Positions 1-8,272 of a stretch of DNA of 30,971 nucleotides are shown here, in pieces (within the stretch, counting starts at the first letter, position 1; each line of letters opens with the position of its first letter). The translations under genes and the position numbers were made by a program. The stretch is from a virus (lineage: Duplodnaviria; Caudoviricetes), in the IMG/VR virus record IMGVR_UViG_3300037313_000273, positions 1 to 30,971 of that record; one strand, given 5' to 3'. A model generated the notes under the pieces. That model was not told the DNA's origin and did not search any database. It saw only the letters and a program-made list of their open reading frames with translations.

Positions 1-2
1 TC

Positions 3-152
3 CTTTGCGGAGTGCTCGACGCGATCAGGGCCGATGCAGCGCAGCGTGCGGCGGAATGCTGTCGCAAGCACAAAGCGCCGATGGCGGCCTACTGGAAGGC
101 TGTCAGCGTCTACGCCGGGCATATCAGCAAAGCACTGCGGAGGGCGTCATGA
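3..152 (+). CDS. 3' end of small hypothetical phage protein (5' truncated by the window)
   Basis: Frame 3 is open from base 3 (LCGVLDAIRADAAQRAAECCRKHKAPMAAYWKAVSVYAGHISKALRRAS*). Its TGA at 150-152 overlaps the next ATG (ATGA), like the other junctions of this operon. Confidence 0.65.
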   Translation, partial: LCGVLDAIRADAAQRAAECCRKHKAPMAAYWKAVSVYAGHISKALRRAS

Positions 153-2689
153 ATTATCGCGACTTCCTGGAGCGCAAAATACGCATGGCCCCTGCCATCG
201 GCTTCGACGTCGAGCTCGACGAGATCAACCCGGCGCTTAAACCGCACACCCGCGCCTTGGTCCAATGGGGTGTGAGAGGCGGGCGGCGGGCGTTCTTCGC
301 CAGCTTCGGTTTACACAAGACGGCGACGCAGATCGAGACGCTGCGCATCTTGAAGAAGAAGGCCGGCGGCAGCGCCTTAATCATCGCGCCGCTTGGCGTT
401 CGGAAGGAATTCTTCAAGGAAGCGCAGCGCCGCTTCAGCGGCGCCTTCGCGGTGCGGATCAAGTTCATTCGGACACCGGAGGAGATCGAAGACGACGCCG
501 GCGGCGTGCCCGTCATCCACATCACGAATTATGAGACGGTGCGAGACGGTAAGTTGGACCCAAACCTGTTCGCCATGGCCAGCCTGGACGAGGCGAGTGT
601 CTTGCGCAGCTTTGGCTCGAAAACGTATCAGACCTTCCTGACCCTGTTCGACAAGGTCCGGTTCCGGTTCGTAGCCACGGCGACGCCGTCACCGAACCGG
701 TACAAGGAGCTGATCCACTACGCCGGGTTTTTGGGCGTCATGGATACCGGCCAGGCGCTGACCCGCTTCTTTCAGCGGGACAGCACCAAGGCCAATAACC
801 TGACGCTGTACCCACACAAGGAACGTGAATTCTACCTCTGGCTCAACAGCTGGGCGGTGTTCCTGCAGCGGCCGTCCGATCTGGGATTTTCCGACGACGG
901 TTACGAACTGCCCGATATCGATATCCGCTGGCACGAGGTCCCGACCGATCATGCCGGCGCCGGCACAGAAGGCAGGGAGCAGCAAGGCCTCCTGTTCAAG
1001 GACGCCGCCATGGGTATCCAGGATGCCGCCCGGGAGAAGCGGGAGAGCCTGCAGAACCGCATTGCAAAACTGCTTGAGCTTCGCGCCGAAGAGCCCGACG
1101 CGCATCGTGTGATCTGGCACGATCTCGAAGCGGAGCGGGAGGCTATCGAACGCGCCATTCCCGACATCACCTCGATCTACGGGGCCCAGGACCTCGAAGC
1201 CCGCGAGGATGCCGTCGAGGCCTTCAGCGAGGGACGCATCCGCGAGCTCGCAACGAAACCGATCCTGACCGGATCGGGCACCAACATCCAGGAGCATTGT
1301 GCCTGGGCCATCTTTTTGGGCATCGGGCACAAATTCAACGACTTCATCCAGGCGATCCACCGTCTGCAGCGCTTCGGCCAGCCGCGTCGTGTCCGCGTCG
1401 ATCTCATCTATTCCGAAGCCGAACGCGAGATCAGGCGCGACCTCGAAAAGAAATGGACGCAACACAGGGAGCTTGCCGCCAACATGACCGACGTGATCCG
1501 ACAATTCGGCCTGAACCATTTGGAAATGGCCCAGGTGCTCACCCGCAGCATCGGCACCGAACGCAAGGAATGCTCCGGTCGCGACTGGATCGTCGCCAAC
1601 AATGATTGCGTCGAGGAAGCCCGCATCATGGCCGACAACTCGGTCGATTTGATCGTGACCTCGATCCCGTTCAGCAATCACTACGAATACACGCCGAGCT
1701 ACAACGACTTCGGCCATACCGATGACGACGCACACTTCTTCGCGCAGATGGATTTCCTGACGCCGGAACTGCTGAGGCTGCTGAAACCTGGCCGGCTCGC
1801 CTGCATCCACGTCAAGGACCGGATCATGTTCGGTTCCGTCACCGGCATGGGCCGGCCGACGGTGAACCCGTTCCATGCGAAATGCATCGCGCACTATCAG
1901 CAGCACGGCTTCGGCTACATGGGCATGATTACCGTCGTCACCGATGTTGTCCGCGAGAACAACCAGACCTACCGCCTCGGCTACACCGAGATGTGCAAGG
2001 ATGGGTCCAAGATGGGCGTCGGGTCTCCGGAATACGTCCTGCTGATGTGCAAGCTACCGACGGACCGGTCGAAGTCCTATGCCGACGACAAGATCGCGCG
2101 CGAAAAGGCCGAATACAGTCTCGCTCGTTGGCAGGTCGACGCTCATGCGTTCTGGCGGTCGTCGGGGGAGCGGCTGCTGTCTCCTGAAGAATTGGCAGCG
2201 ATGCCAACCGATGTCCTGGTCAAGGCATTCACGTCGCAGAGCCTCGACCAGGTCTACGATTACGAGACCCATGTCCGCATCGGTGAAGCCCTGGAGGCGC
2301 GTGGTGCCCTGCCGTCGACCTTCATGGCGCTGGCGCCAGGCAGCACCGATCCTGACGTCTGGCACGACATCAACCGAATGCTGACGCTGAACGGCGCCCA
2401 GACGCAGAAGGGCCTCGAAAACCATGTCTGCCCCCTCCAGTTCGACATCGTCGACCGGCTGATCGAGCGCTACAGCAGCCGCGGCGAGCTCGTCTTCGAT
2501 CCCTTCGGAGGGCTCTTCACGGTGCCGTATCGTGCCTTGGGGTTAGGCCGCAAGGGCAGGGCGGTTGAACTGAACCCGTCCTACTTCTGCGATGGCGTCA
2601 AATATCTCGAGGCGAAGGAGCGCGAGCTCTCGGTGCCTTCGTTGTTCGATCTGCTGGACGCCGAAACCGTTCTGGAGGCTGCGGAATGA
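149..2689 (+). CDS. SF2/SNF2-like helicase fused to an N4-C/N6-A DNA methyltransferase
   Basis: Start is better placed at ATG 149, after GGAGGG. Helicase motifs are FASFGLHKT (I), LIIAPL (Ia), LDEAS (II), TATPSPN (III) and QAIHRLQRFGQ (VI). MTase motifs are SVDLIVTSIPF (IV), LLKPG, HVCPLQ and VFDPFGGLFT (I), in beta-class order. Confidence 0.9.
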   Translation: MNYRDFLERKIRMAPAIGFDVELDEINPALKPHTRALVQWGVRGGRRAFFASFGLHKTATQIETLRILKKKAGGSALIIAPLGVRKEFFKEAQRRFSGAFAVRIKFIRTPEEIEDDAGGVPVIHITNYETVRDGKLDPNLFAMASLDEASVLRSFGSKTYQTFLTLFDKVRFRFVATATPSPNRYKELIHYAGFLGVMDTGQALTRFFQRDSTKANNLTLYPHKEREFYLWLNSWAVFLQRPSDLGFSDDGYELPDIDIRWHEVPTDHAGAGTEGREQQGLLFKDAAMGIQDAAREKRESLQNRIAKLLELRAEEPDAHRVIWHDLEAEREAIERAIPDITSIYGAQDLEAREDAVEAFSEGRIRELATKPILTGSGTNIQEHCAWAIFLGIGHKFNDFIQAIHRLQRFGQPRRVRVDLIYSEAEREIRRDLEKKWTQHRELAANMTDVIRQFGLNHLEMAQVLTRSIGTERKECSGRDWIVANNDCVEEARIMADNSVDLIVTSIPFSNHYEYTPSYNDFGHTDDDAHFFAQMDFLTPELLRLLKPGRLACIHVKDRIMFGSVTGMGRPTVNPFHAKCIAHYQQHGFGYMGMITVVTDVVRENNQTYRLGYTEMCKDGSKMGVGSPEYVLLMCKLPTDRSKSYADDKIAREKAEYSLARWQVDAHAFWRSSGERLLSPEELAAMPTDVLVKAFTSQSLDQVYDYETHVRIGEALEARGALPSTFMALAPGSTDPDVWHDINRMLTLNGAQTQKGLENHVCPLQFDIVDRLIERYSSRGELVFDPFGGLFTVPYRALGLGRKGRAVELNPSYFCDGVKYLEAKERELSVPSLFDLLDAETVLEAAE

Positions 2690-4740
2690 GGGGGTTAATC
2701 ATCGACAACTTCGCCGGCGGCGGCGGCGCTTCAACCGGCATCGTCGCGGGCATGGGGCGGCCGGTCGACATCGCCGTCAACCACGACGCCGCGGCGATCG
2801 CGGTCCACACCGCCAACCATCCGGAAACCGAGCATTTCTGCCAGTCCGTCTGGGACATCCTGCCAGTCTATGTCGTCGGCAACCGCGAGGTCGACCTGGC
2901 GTGGTTCAGCCCCGACTGCAAGCACTTCTCAAAGGCCAAAGGGGGCAAACCCGTCGAAAAGCGTATCCGCGACCTCGCATGGGTTGTCGTCGCCTGGGCG
3001 CGCGACCTGCCGCCGGCGCAACGGCCGAAAGTCATCATGCTGGAGAACGTGGAGGAGTTCCAGGACTGGGGCCCGCTGGTCGACACCCCCAACGGCCCGA
3101 TGCCGTGCCAGGCCCGCAAGGGGGAGGAGTTCAAGCGCTGGATCCGGGCACTGAAGAAGGCGGGCTATTCGCGCATCCAGTGGCGCGAGCTGCGCGCCTG
3201 CGATTATGGCGCGCCGACGATCCGCAAGCGGCTGTTCCTGATCGCCAGGTGCGACGGCAAGCCGATCGTGTGGCCGAAGCCGACGCACGGCCACCCCGAC
3301 ACGCCGGCCGTCCGTGCCGGCAGGCTGAAGCCGTGGCGCACCGCGGCCGAATGCATCGACTGGTCGATTCCGTGCCCGTCGATTTTCGAACGTGACCGGC
3401 CGCTGAAAGACGCCACTTGCCGCCGCATCGCGGCCGGGATCATGCGCTATGTCGTCAACGCGAAACGGCCGTTCATCGTGCCGATCACACACACCACCAA
3501 TGGCGACCAGGCGCACGACTCGGCCGACCCGCTCCGCACCATCACCACGGCCAAGGGCGGCGAATTCGCCCTGGTCAATCCGTCGATCGTGCCCTTGACC
3601 CATCACGGCGGCGACGGCCGGGTCTACGACAGCGCCGACCCAATGGTGACCGTGACCGGCGCGCACCGCGGCGAACTGGCTGTGATGGCTGCGCACGTCA
3701 CCAAGTTTCGCAACAACAGCATTGGTTCAGGCGCCGACGAACCGATGCACACTGTTACCGCCAACAGCTTTATCAAGCGCGGCGGGGGCGCGGCTCCGCT
3801 TGGCCTGGTCACAGCGACAATGGTTCAGACCGGTTACGGCGAACGCGAAGGCCAGGCGCCCCGCGCGCTCGACGTCGAAAAGCCGCTCGGAACCGTTGTT
3901 GCCGGTGCGGCAAAGCATGCGGTCGTCGAGGCCGCGCTCGCGCCGTTGATCGACAGCCAATACGGCAACAGCGAGGGCTACGACGCCGCAAAGCCAGTCC
4001 CGACAGTGACGGCGGGCGGCGCCGGAAAACAGGCACTCGTGACGGCCTTCCTGGCCCAGCACAACGGCGGCTTCTACGATGGCGCCGGCCGTGCTGCCGA
4101 AGAACCGGTCAGCACCGTCACGCAATCGGGCGCACAGCAACAGGTCGTTGCGGCAACCCTTGTCGGCTGTGGCGGCCGAGCCGCTCAATCCCGGCCGCGC
4201 GGCCTCAAGGAGCCGACAGCGACCAGCACGGCGAAGGCCGATGTCTGCCTGGCGACCTCGCACCTGGTGAAGCTTCGCGGCACCTGCGCCGATGGCCAGC
4301 CCGTCGACGAACCGATGCCGACCGCCACGGCCGGCGGCACACATATCGGAGAGGTCCGCGCCTTCCTTTGCAAATACTACAGCGCAGCCGACAACGGCCA
4401 AACGCTTGATGACCCGTTGCACACCGTCACCACCAAGGAACGCTTCGGCCTGGTCACGGTGACGATCGAAGGCGAGGAATACGTCATCGTCGACATCGGC
4501 ATGCGCATGCTCACCCCGCGTGAGCTCGCGCGCGCCCAGGGCTTTCCGGATTCGTACATCCTCGATCCGGTCTGCACCTACACGACCGACAGCGGCGCCC
4601 AGAAGACCGGTCCGCTGCCGAAAACTCATCAGATCGCCAAGATCGGCAACAGCGTCTGTCCCGTCATGGCCGAGGTCCTGACCCGGGCGAACTGCTGGAT
4701 GTACGGCTCCGACGCAGAGGAAAGGTTCGCCGCGCAATGA
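2686..4740 (+). CDS. C5 cytosine DNA methyltransferase with repeat-expanded variable region
   Basis: Motifs DNFAGGGG (I), SPDCKHFS (IV, catalytic Cys), MLENV (VI), PTIRKRLF (VIII), RMLTPRELARAQGFP (IX) and IGNSV (X). ATGA-coupled to the upstream gene. Confidence 0.93.
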   Translation: MRGLIIDNFAGGGGASTGIVAGMGRPVDIAVNHDAAAIAVHTANHPETEHFCQSVWDILPVYVVGNREVDLAWFSPDCKHFSKAKGGKPVEKRIRDLAWVVVAWARDLPPAQRPKVIMLENVEEFQDWGPLVDTPNGPMPCQARKGEEFKRWIRALKKAGYSRIQWRELRACDYGAPTIRKRLFLIARCDGKPIVWPKPTHGHPDTPAVRAGRLKPWRTAAECIDWSIPCPSIFERDRPLKDATCRRIAAGIMRYVVNAKRPFIVPITHTTNGDQAHDSADPLRTITTAKGGEFALVNPSIVPLTHHGGDGRVYDSADPMVTVTGAHRGELAVMAAHVTKFRNNSIGSGADEPMHTVTANSFIKRGGGAAPLGLVTATMVQTGYGEREGQAPRALDVEKPLGTVVAGAAKHAVVEAALAPLIDSQYGNSEGYDAAKPVPTVTAGGAGKQALVTAFLAQHNGGFYDGAGRAAEEPVSTVTQSGAQQQVVAATLVGCGGRAAQSRPRGLKEPTATSTAKADVCLATSHLVKLRGTCADGQPVDEPMPTATAGGTHIGEVRAFLCKYYSAADNGQTLDDPLHTVTTKERFGLVTVTIEGEEYVIVDIGMRMLTPRELARAQGFPDSYILDPVCTYTTDSGAQKTGPLPKTHQIAKIGNSVCPVMAEVLTRANCWMYGSDAEERFAAQ
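3470..4460 (+). repeat. About nine imperfect protein-level repeats inside the C5 MTase
   Basis: Units include ADPLRTITT, ADPMVTVTG, DEPMHTVTA, EKPLGTVVA, AKPVPTVTA, EEPVSTVTQ, KEPTATSTA, DEPMPTATA and DDPLHTVTT. Confidence 0.8.
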
Positions 4741-5159
4741 CCCGCCTTTCCCGAGAAGAAGCAAAGGCCTTGTTCCGCGCCAAGCCTGATCGCGCCGAGG
4801 AGCGGATACATATCGCCGTGGTTGAATACCTGCGCTTCGCCGCGCCTGGACTGGTGTGGTTTCACGTGCCCAACGGCGGCAGGCGCGATCCCGGCGAAGC
4901 GGCGAAGCTGAAGCAGATGGGGGTCCGCGCCGGCGTCCCCGATCTCGTTTTTGTCCTCCCCGATGGCCGGTCGGCGTTTGTCGAGCTGAAGTCGGACGCA
5001 GGGACCCTGGAGCCGGAACAAGCCGCGTTCTTCGATGCGATCCCCGTTGAGGTGCCGCGTGCGGTCTGTCGCAGCATCGACGACGTCGAGCGGGCCCTGT
5101 TGTCGTGGGGCGTCACCCTGAAGGCGCGCGCCGGATCAAGACATCGGAGGGCGGCATGA
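4737..5159 (+). CDS. VRR-NUC domain nuclease (Holliday junction resolvase-like)
   Basis: EERIH...WFHVPNGGRR...GVRAGVPDL...FVELKS...LEPEQ pattern typical of phage VRR-NUC proteins. Confidence 0.9.
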   Translation: MTRLSREEAKALFRAKPDRAEERIHIAVVEYLRFAAPGLVWFHVPNGGRRDPGEAAKLKQMGVRAGVPDLVFVLPDGRSAFVELKSDAGTLEPEQAAFFDAIPVEVPRAVCRSIDDVERALLSWGVTLKARAGSRHRRAA

Positions 5160-5950
5160 CAAAGGGGTCTGGATGGGAAAAGGAAACCGACCTATGTGCA
5201 GATTTCATCGCATGGGCGCGTAACGAAGGCTGGGTTGTCTATGCGGAATGCGGCGGCTGGGATATCCTGTTGGTCCGCCCATCCGATGGGTTCCAGATCG
5301 GCGTGGAGGCCAAACTCCAGCTAAATGCCAAGGTGTTGTGCCAGGCGTTGAAGAGCGGGTTCCTTGATGCCGGAGAGGTCGGCCCGGACTGTCGCGCCAT
5401 CCTTGTTCCAGCTGTTAAATCGGTTGGCGGCCTCGAAGTCGTGGCGCGCCATCTCGGCGTCGCCGTAATCGAGGCATCAAAGGAGATGTCGCGCCGGCGT
5501 GTCGACGGGGCCTGGCAGGATTTTGAGGTCGCCACTTTTGATCCCCGACTTCCCGAGAAGGCGTCTCTGTGGTGGAGGGAAACCTGGCCGGAATGGTCAC
5601 CTGATTGCCGCGTAAAGTTGCCGGAATATGTTCCCGACGTCATCGCAGGCGACAGCGGGCCTGTCATGCTGACGGACTGGAAGATCAAGGCATTAAAGGT
5701 TGTTGTCGTCATCGAGATGATGGGGTCCGTGACCCGTGCGGACATGCGCGCACTGCGCATCGACCCGTCGCGGTGGACGCAATACTGGTTGCGGAGCGAT
5801 GGCAGTGGTGGCTGGGTCCCGAGAACGGATCCAAATTCGAGAATGCCCGACTTCAAGGCGCAGCACCCCATCAATTACGAGCAGATCAAAGCGGACTGGC
5901 CGAAGTGGTCGACCGCATTGCCGCCACGCCTACTTTCGGGTGCTGCATGA
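5156..5950 (+). CDS. Hypothetical protein with PD-(D/E)XK nuclease-like N-terminus
   Basis: ATG 5156 follows GGAGG and is ATGA-coupled at both ends. Motif ETDLC...WDILLV...IGVEAKL...LCQA. Confidence 0.6.
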   Translation: MTKGSGWEKETDLCADFIAWARNEGWVVYAECGGWDILLVRPSDGFQIGVEAKLQLNAKVLCQALKSGFLDAGEVGPDCRAILVPAVKSVGGLEVVARHLGVAVIEASKEMSRRRVDGAWQDFEVATFDPRLPEKASLWWRETWPEWSPDCRVKLPEYVPDVIAGDSGPVMLTDWKIKALKVVVVIEMMGSVTRADMRALRIDPSRWTQYWLRSDGSGGWVPRTDPNSRMPDFKAQHPINYEQIKADWPKWSTALPPRLLSGAA

Positions 5951-6897
5951 CCGACTTAAAGATCAACACCTACCCAATGCATATCGGTGACTGGCACAGC
6001 GGCACCTCCCGCATGAGCTTGGCGGAGCGCGGCGCCTACATCACGCTCTGCAATCAATACTACCTCGACCAAGGCGACGGCTGGACCACTGCTGAGTGCG
6101 TCCGCCTCTGCGGTGCGATCAGCAGGGAGGAGCAGAAGGCGGTTAAAACGGTGCTTGCCTCGAAGTTCGAGCAGACCTCGGAAGGCTACTCGCATGTCGG
6201 CATGGACCGCCGCATCGCTGATATCCAAGCAGCCAGCGAGCGCAATCAGGAGCGTGCTCGCAGGGCGGCCAACGCGCGCCACCAAGGACGCGGTAAGCAC
6301 GTCTCCGAGCATGCTACGAGCAATGCTACAAGCACACCTGAAGCAGTGCTTGAGGACTGCGATCCAAAAGCCAAAAGCCAAAAGCCAAAAGGAGAGAGTA
6401 TTTCTAACGAAACACTCTCTCCAGAGCGCGCGAGTGATTTTTCGCAATTCGACGATTTCCGAAGGCTGTACCCGATCGGCCGTGGCGCTGATGCCGCGGA
6501 ACGTGCCTGGGAGGCTGCGCTCGACGCCGGTCACGATCCGGCTGCGATCATCTCGGGGCTGCATGCGGCGAAGTCGCATTGGCAAAGGGAGCAGACGCCG
6601 AGCCGGTACATCCCGCTTGCTTCGAACTGGCTCAGCCTGGACAAACCCGGCTGGCTTACCCACGGGGCATCGCCCACCAAACCGCTGCCGAAATGGCCGG
6701 GACCGCAGGCCCTCCGGGAGGCCGTCGCCGACGAATGTGGCGAGGAGTTCGCCGTCTCCTACCTCGACCCGGCGACCTGGCAGAAGGAGCCCGAGCGCAT
6801 CATCGCGGCGACCCAATACGCAGCGGAGAAATTGCGAACGGTGACCAGGCTGAAAACCTACAAAATCATCGCCCGCAAGGAGGCGGAGGCAGCATGA
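5947..6897 (+). CDS. Phage replication initiator-like protein (DUF1376/YdaU family)
   Basis: ATG 5947. N-terminal YPMHIGDW...MSLAERGAYITL...YY, a central low-complexity linker with DNA repeats, and C-terminal FDDFRRLYP...AERAW...YIPLASNWL. Confidence 0.85.
   Translation: MTDLKINTYPMHIGDWHSGTSRMSLAERGAYITLCNQYYLDQGDGWTTAECVRLCGAISREEQKAVKTVLASKFEQTSEGYSHVGMDRRIADIQAASERNQERARRAANARHQGRGKHVSEHATSNATSTPEAVLEDCDPKAKSQKPKGESISNETLSPERASDFSQFDDFRRLYPIGRGADAAERAWEAALDAGHDPAAIISGLHAAKSHWQREQTPSRYIPLASNWLSLDKPGWLTHGASPTKPLPKWPGPQALREAVADECGEEFAVSYLDPATWQKEPERIIAATQYAAEKLRTVTRLKTYKIIARKEAEAA
6308..6422. repeat. Candidate replication origin inside the initiator gene
   Basis: Palindromic AGCA(N)TGCT at 6308-6315, 6319-6327 and 6342-6350. 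(CCAAAAG)x4 at 6364-6391. Inverted repeat GGAGAGAGT(6391-6399)/ACTCTCTCC(6414-6422). The layout resembles lambda O with its internal origin. Confidence 0.7.
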
Positions 6898-7190
6898 CGA
6901 TGGGAATTCCAATGCGCCCCGAGAACGCGGCGATCATCGCGTCCTGGCCGAAGTTCGAGCTCTCGCCCGAACATCTCGCAGCAGGCTGGCGACCGCACGA
7001 CGGCGGCCCGTGCCCGCTGAAACAGGGCGTCCCGTATCAGGTCATGGAGGCGTCTGGCCACATCCGTGGCGTGGCAACGCGCATCGCACGGCCGGAATGG
7101 TTCAATAGCCATTGGGTACGCGCGCCGCGGCGACGGATTGTCGCCTATCTCGAATACGCACCGGTGAAGCCGGCAGAGGTGGCGGCATGA
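6894..7190 (+). CDS. Hypothetical phage protein
   Basis: ATG 6894 follows GGAGG and is ATGA-coupled at both ends. 98 aa, containing GWRPHDGGPCP. Confidence 0.7.
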   Translation: MTMGIPMRPENAAIIASWPKFELSPEHLAAGWRPHDGGPCPLKQGVPYQVMEASGHIRGVATRIARPEWFNSHWVRAPRRRIVAYLEYAPVKPAEVAA

Positions 7191-7405
7191 CGACGACCGC
7201 AACCGACCTGCCGCCCGACACCTTGGACACCTTCCGCTTCGCCGTCGATCGCGTGCGCGCCGGCGCCGACTTCGAGCCATGGCCGAAGCACGTCGAGGCC
7301 GTGCGCGAGGCCTGGAAGCTGGAACGCTACCGCGCCGACGCCGAACGCGTCATCGACAGGTTCCCGGCGCTGTTCCCGCTTCTCGGTAAGCGCGGAGCGA
7401 ACTGA
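7187..7405 (+). CDS. Hypothetical phage protein
   Basis: ATG 7187 follows GAGGTG with ATGA overlap. 72 aa, ending 2 nt before the next gene. Confidence 0.65.
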   Translation: MTTTATDLPPDTLDTFRFAVDRVRAGADFEPWPKHVEAVREAWKLERYRADAERVIDRFPALFPLLGKRGAN

Positions 7406-7407
7406 CA

Positions 7408-8082
7408 ATGTTTGATTTCAACGAGGGGACCATGTCCGGATCCGGCATCATCACAACCGCCTTCATTCAGCCCGGCACCTGGTGGGTGATGGTGACGCGC
7501 CCCGGCTTGAGCCGGCGCTCGTTCGACCTCATGCTCGCCGACTTCAAGGCCGTGGGATACGAGGTCTACGTCCCGCTCAAGCTGCACCGTCGCCGGGTGA
7601 TGCGCCGCGGCATCAGGACAGGCAAGCGCGAATGGGTGAAGGAGGTGTTGCTGCCTGGGTACGTGTTCGTGCGCGAGGCCTGGGGTGCGCGGCCGATCAA
7701 GTCGCCGCAGCGTGTCTACGGCGTCCAGTGCCGTGTCGGGGTGGCGTTCCAGCGCTGGATCGATTTCCTCATGGAGCGAGAAACCGAAGTGAAGGTCTGC
7801 GTGGACGGCGTCACCGAAACCTGGACGGGACTGGTCGACGACGCCGGTGACAAGGCGTTTCTCGGCAAAGCGTCGAAGGGGAAGATGCACGTCGAGGACT
7901 GGCGCCTCGCACTATCCAGCGGCGACGAGGTCGAGTTCGAGGTCGCGGGCGGATTGATGCTGCGCGGTCTCGTCAGCGCCAACGCGGAGGGCAGGCTAAC
8001 GATCTTTGCCGACGTCATGGGCCGCAGCAGCCGGTTCTTTGTGGACCTGCCGACCAAGGTGAAGCGGCCCGATAATCATTGA
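7408..8082 (+). CDS. NusG/RfaH-paralog transcription antiterminator (late-gene activator position)
   Basis: NGN-like WWVMVTRPG...GYEVYVPL...VLLPGYVFV and KOW-like GDEVEFEVAGG...GLV...LTIFADVMGR. It is the last early gene before the packaging genes. The start may be ATG 7432. Confidence 0.85.
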   Translation: MFDFNEGTMSGSGIITTAFIQPGTWWVMVTRPGLSRRSFDLMLADFKAVGYEVYVPLKLHRRRVMRRGIRTGKREWVKEVLLPGYVFVREAWGARPIKSPQRVYGVQCRVGVAFQRWIDFLMERETEVKVCVDGVTETWTGLVDDAGDKAFLGKASKGKMHVEDWRLALSSGDEVEFEVAGGLMLRGLVSANAEGRLTIFADVMGRSSRFFVDLPTKVKRPDNH

Positions 8083-8098
8083 ATTTTTACAACCCGCC

Positions 8099-8128
8099 TT
8101 GACGAGCGCATCGAATGAGCGCATTTCT
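8099..8128 (+). promoter_or_regulatory. Putative sigma70-type late promoter
   Basis: TTGACG at 8099-8104 after an AT-rich tract, with a weak -10 (CATTTC, 8122-8127) at 17-nt spacing. Confidence 0.5.
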
Positions 8129-8203
8129 GAGCGGTCTAGGGGCGGTTGAGCGAAAGCGGCAATCGTCTTTGCGTGTGCCTGATTGGTGGCCGCACTTCAG
8201 AAA
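8124..8203 (+). promoter_or_regulatory. Structured leader with GAAA-tetraloop hairpin and ops-like sequence
   Basis: Hairpin 8138-8170 with loop GAAA at 8152-8155. Outer pairing of 8124-8136 with 8188-8203. GGCGGTTGAGCG at 8141-8152. Confidence 0.5.
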
Positions 8204-8272
8204 ATCGCCAAACATTTCAATAATGGGCCGCTGTTCCTCACCTCGCACACTGGCGCGCGGTAATCGTTCCGG

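Noticed and set aside
5-148. Upstream extensions in the ORF track (also starts at 5105, 5605, 6579, 7112, 9652, 12665, 14698, 15259, 19503 and 24048)
   Set aside because: Internal starts with an SD, a stop-start overlap or a family-typical N-terminus fit better. Most of the extensions overlap neighbouring genes or structured leaders.
689-1906. 405-aa minus-strand ORF, and similar long antisense ORFs at 3727-4764, 5956-6912 and 28186-29598
   Set aside because: These are shadow frames of GC-rich + strand genes with clear motifs. They have no recognisable domains or translation signals.
149-5950. DISARM, BREX or restriction-modification defence island
   Set aside because: Companion genes of those systems are absent. 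The genes sit in a coupled phage early operon leading into the initiator, consistent with orphan phage MTases.
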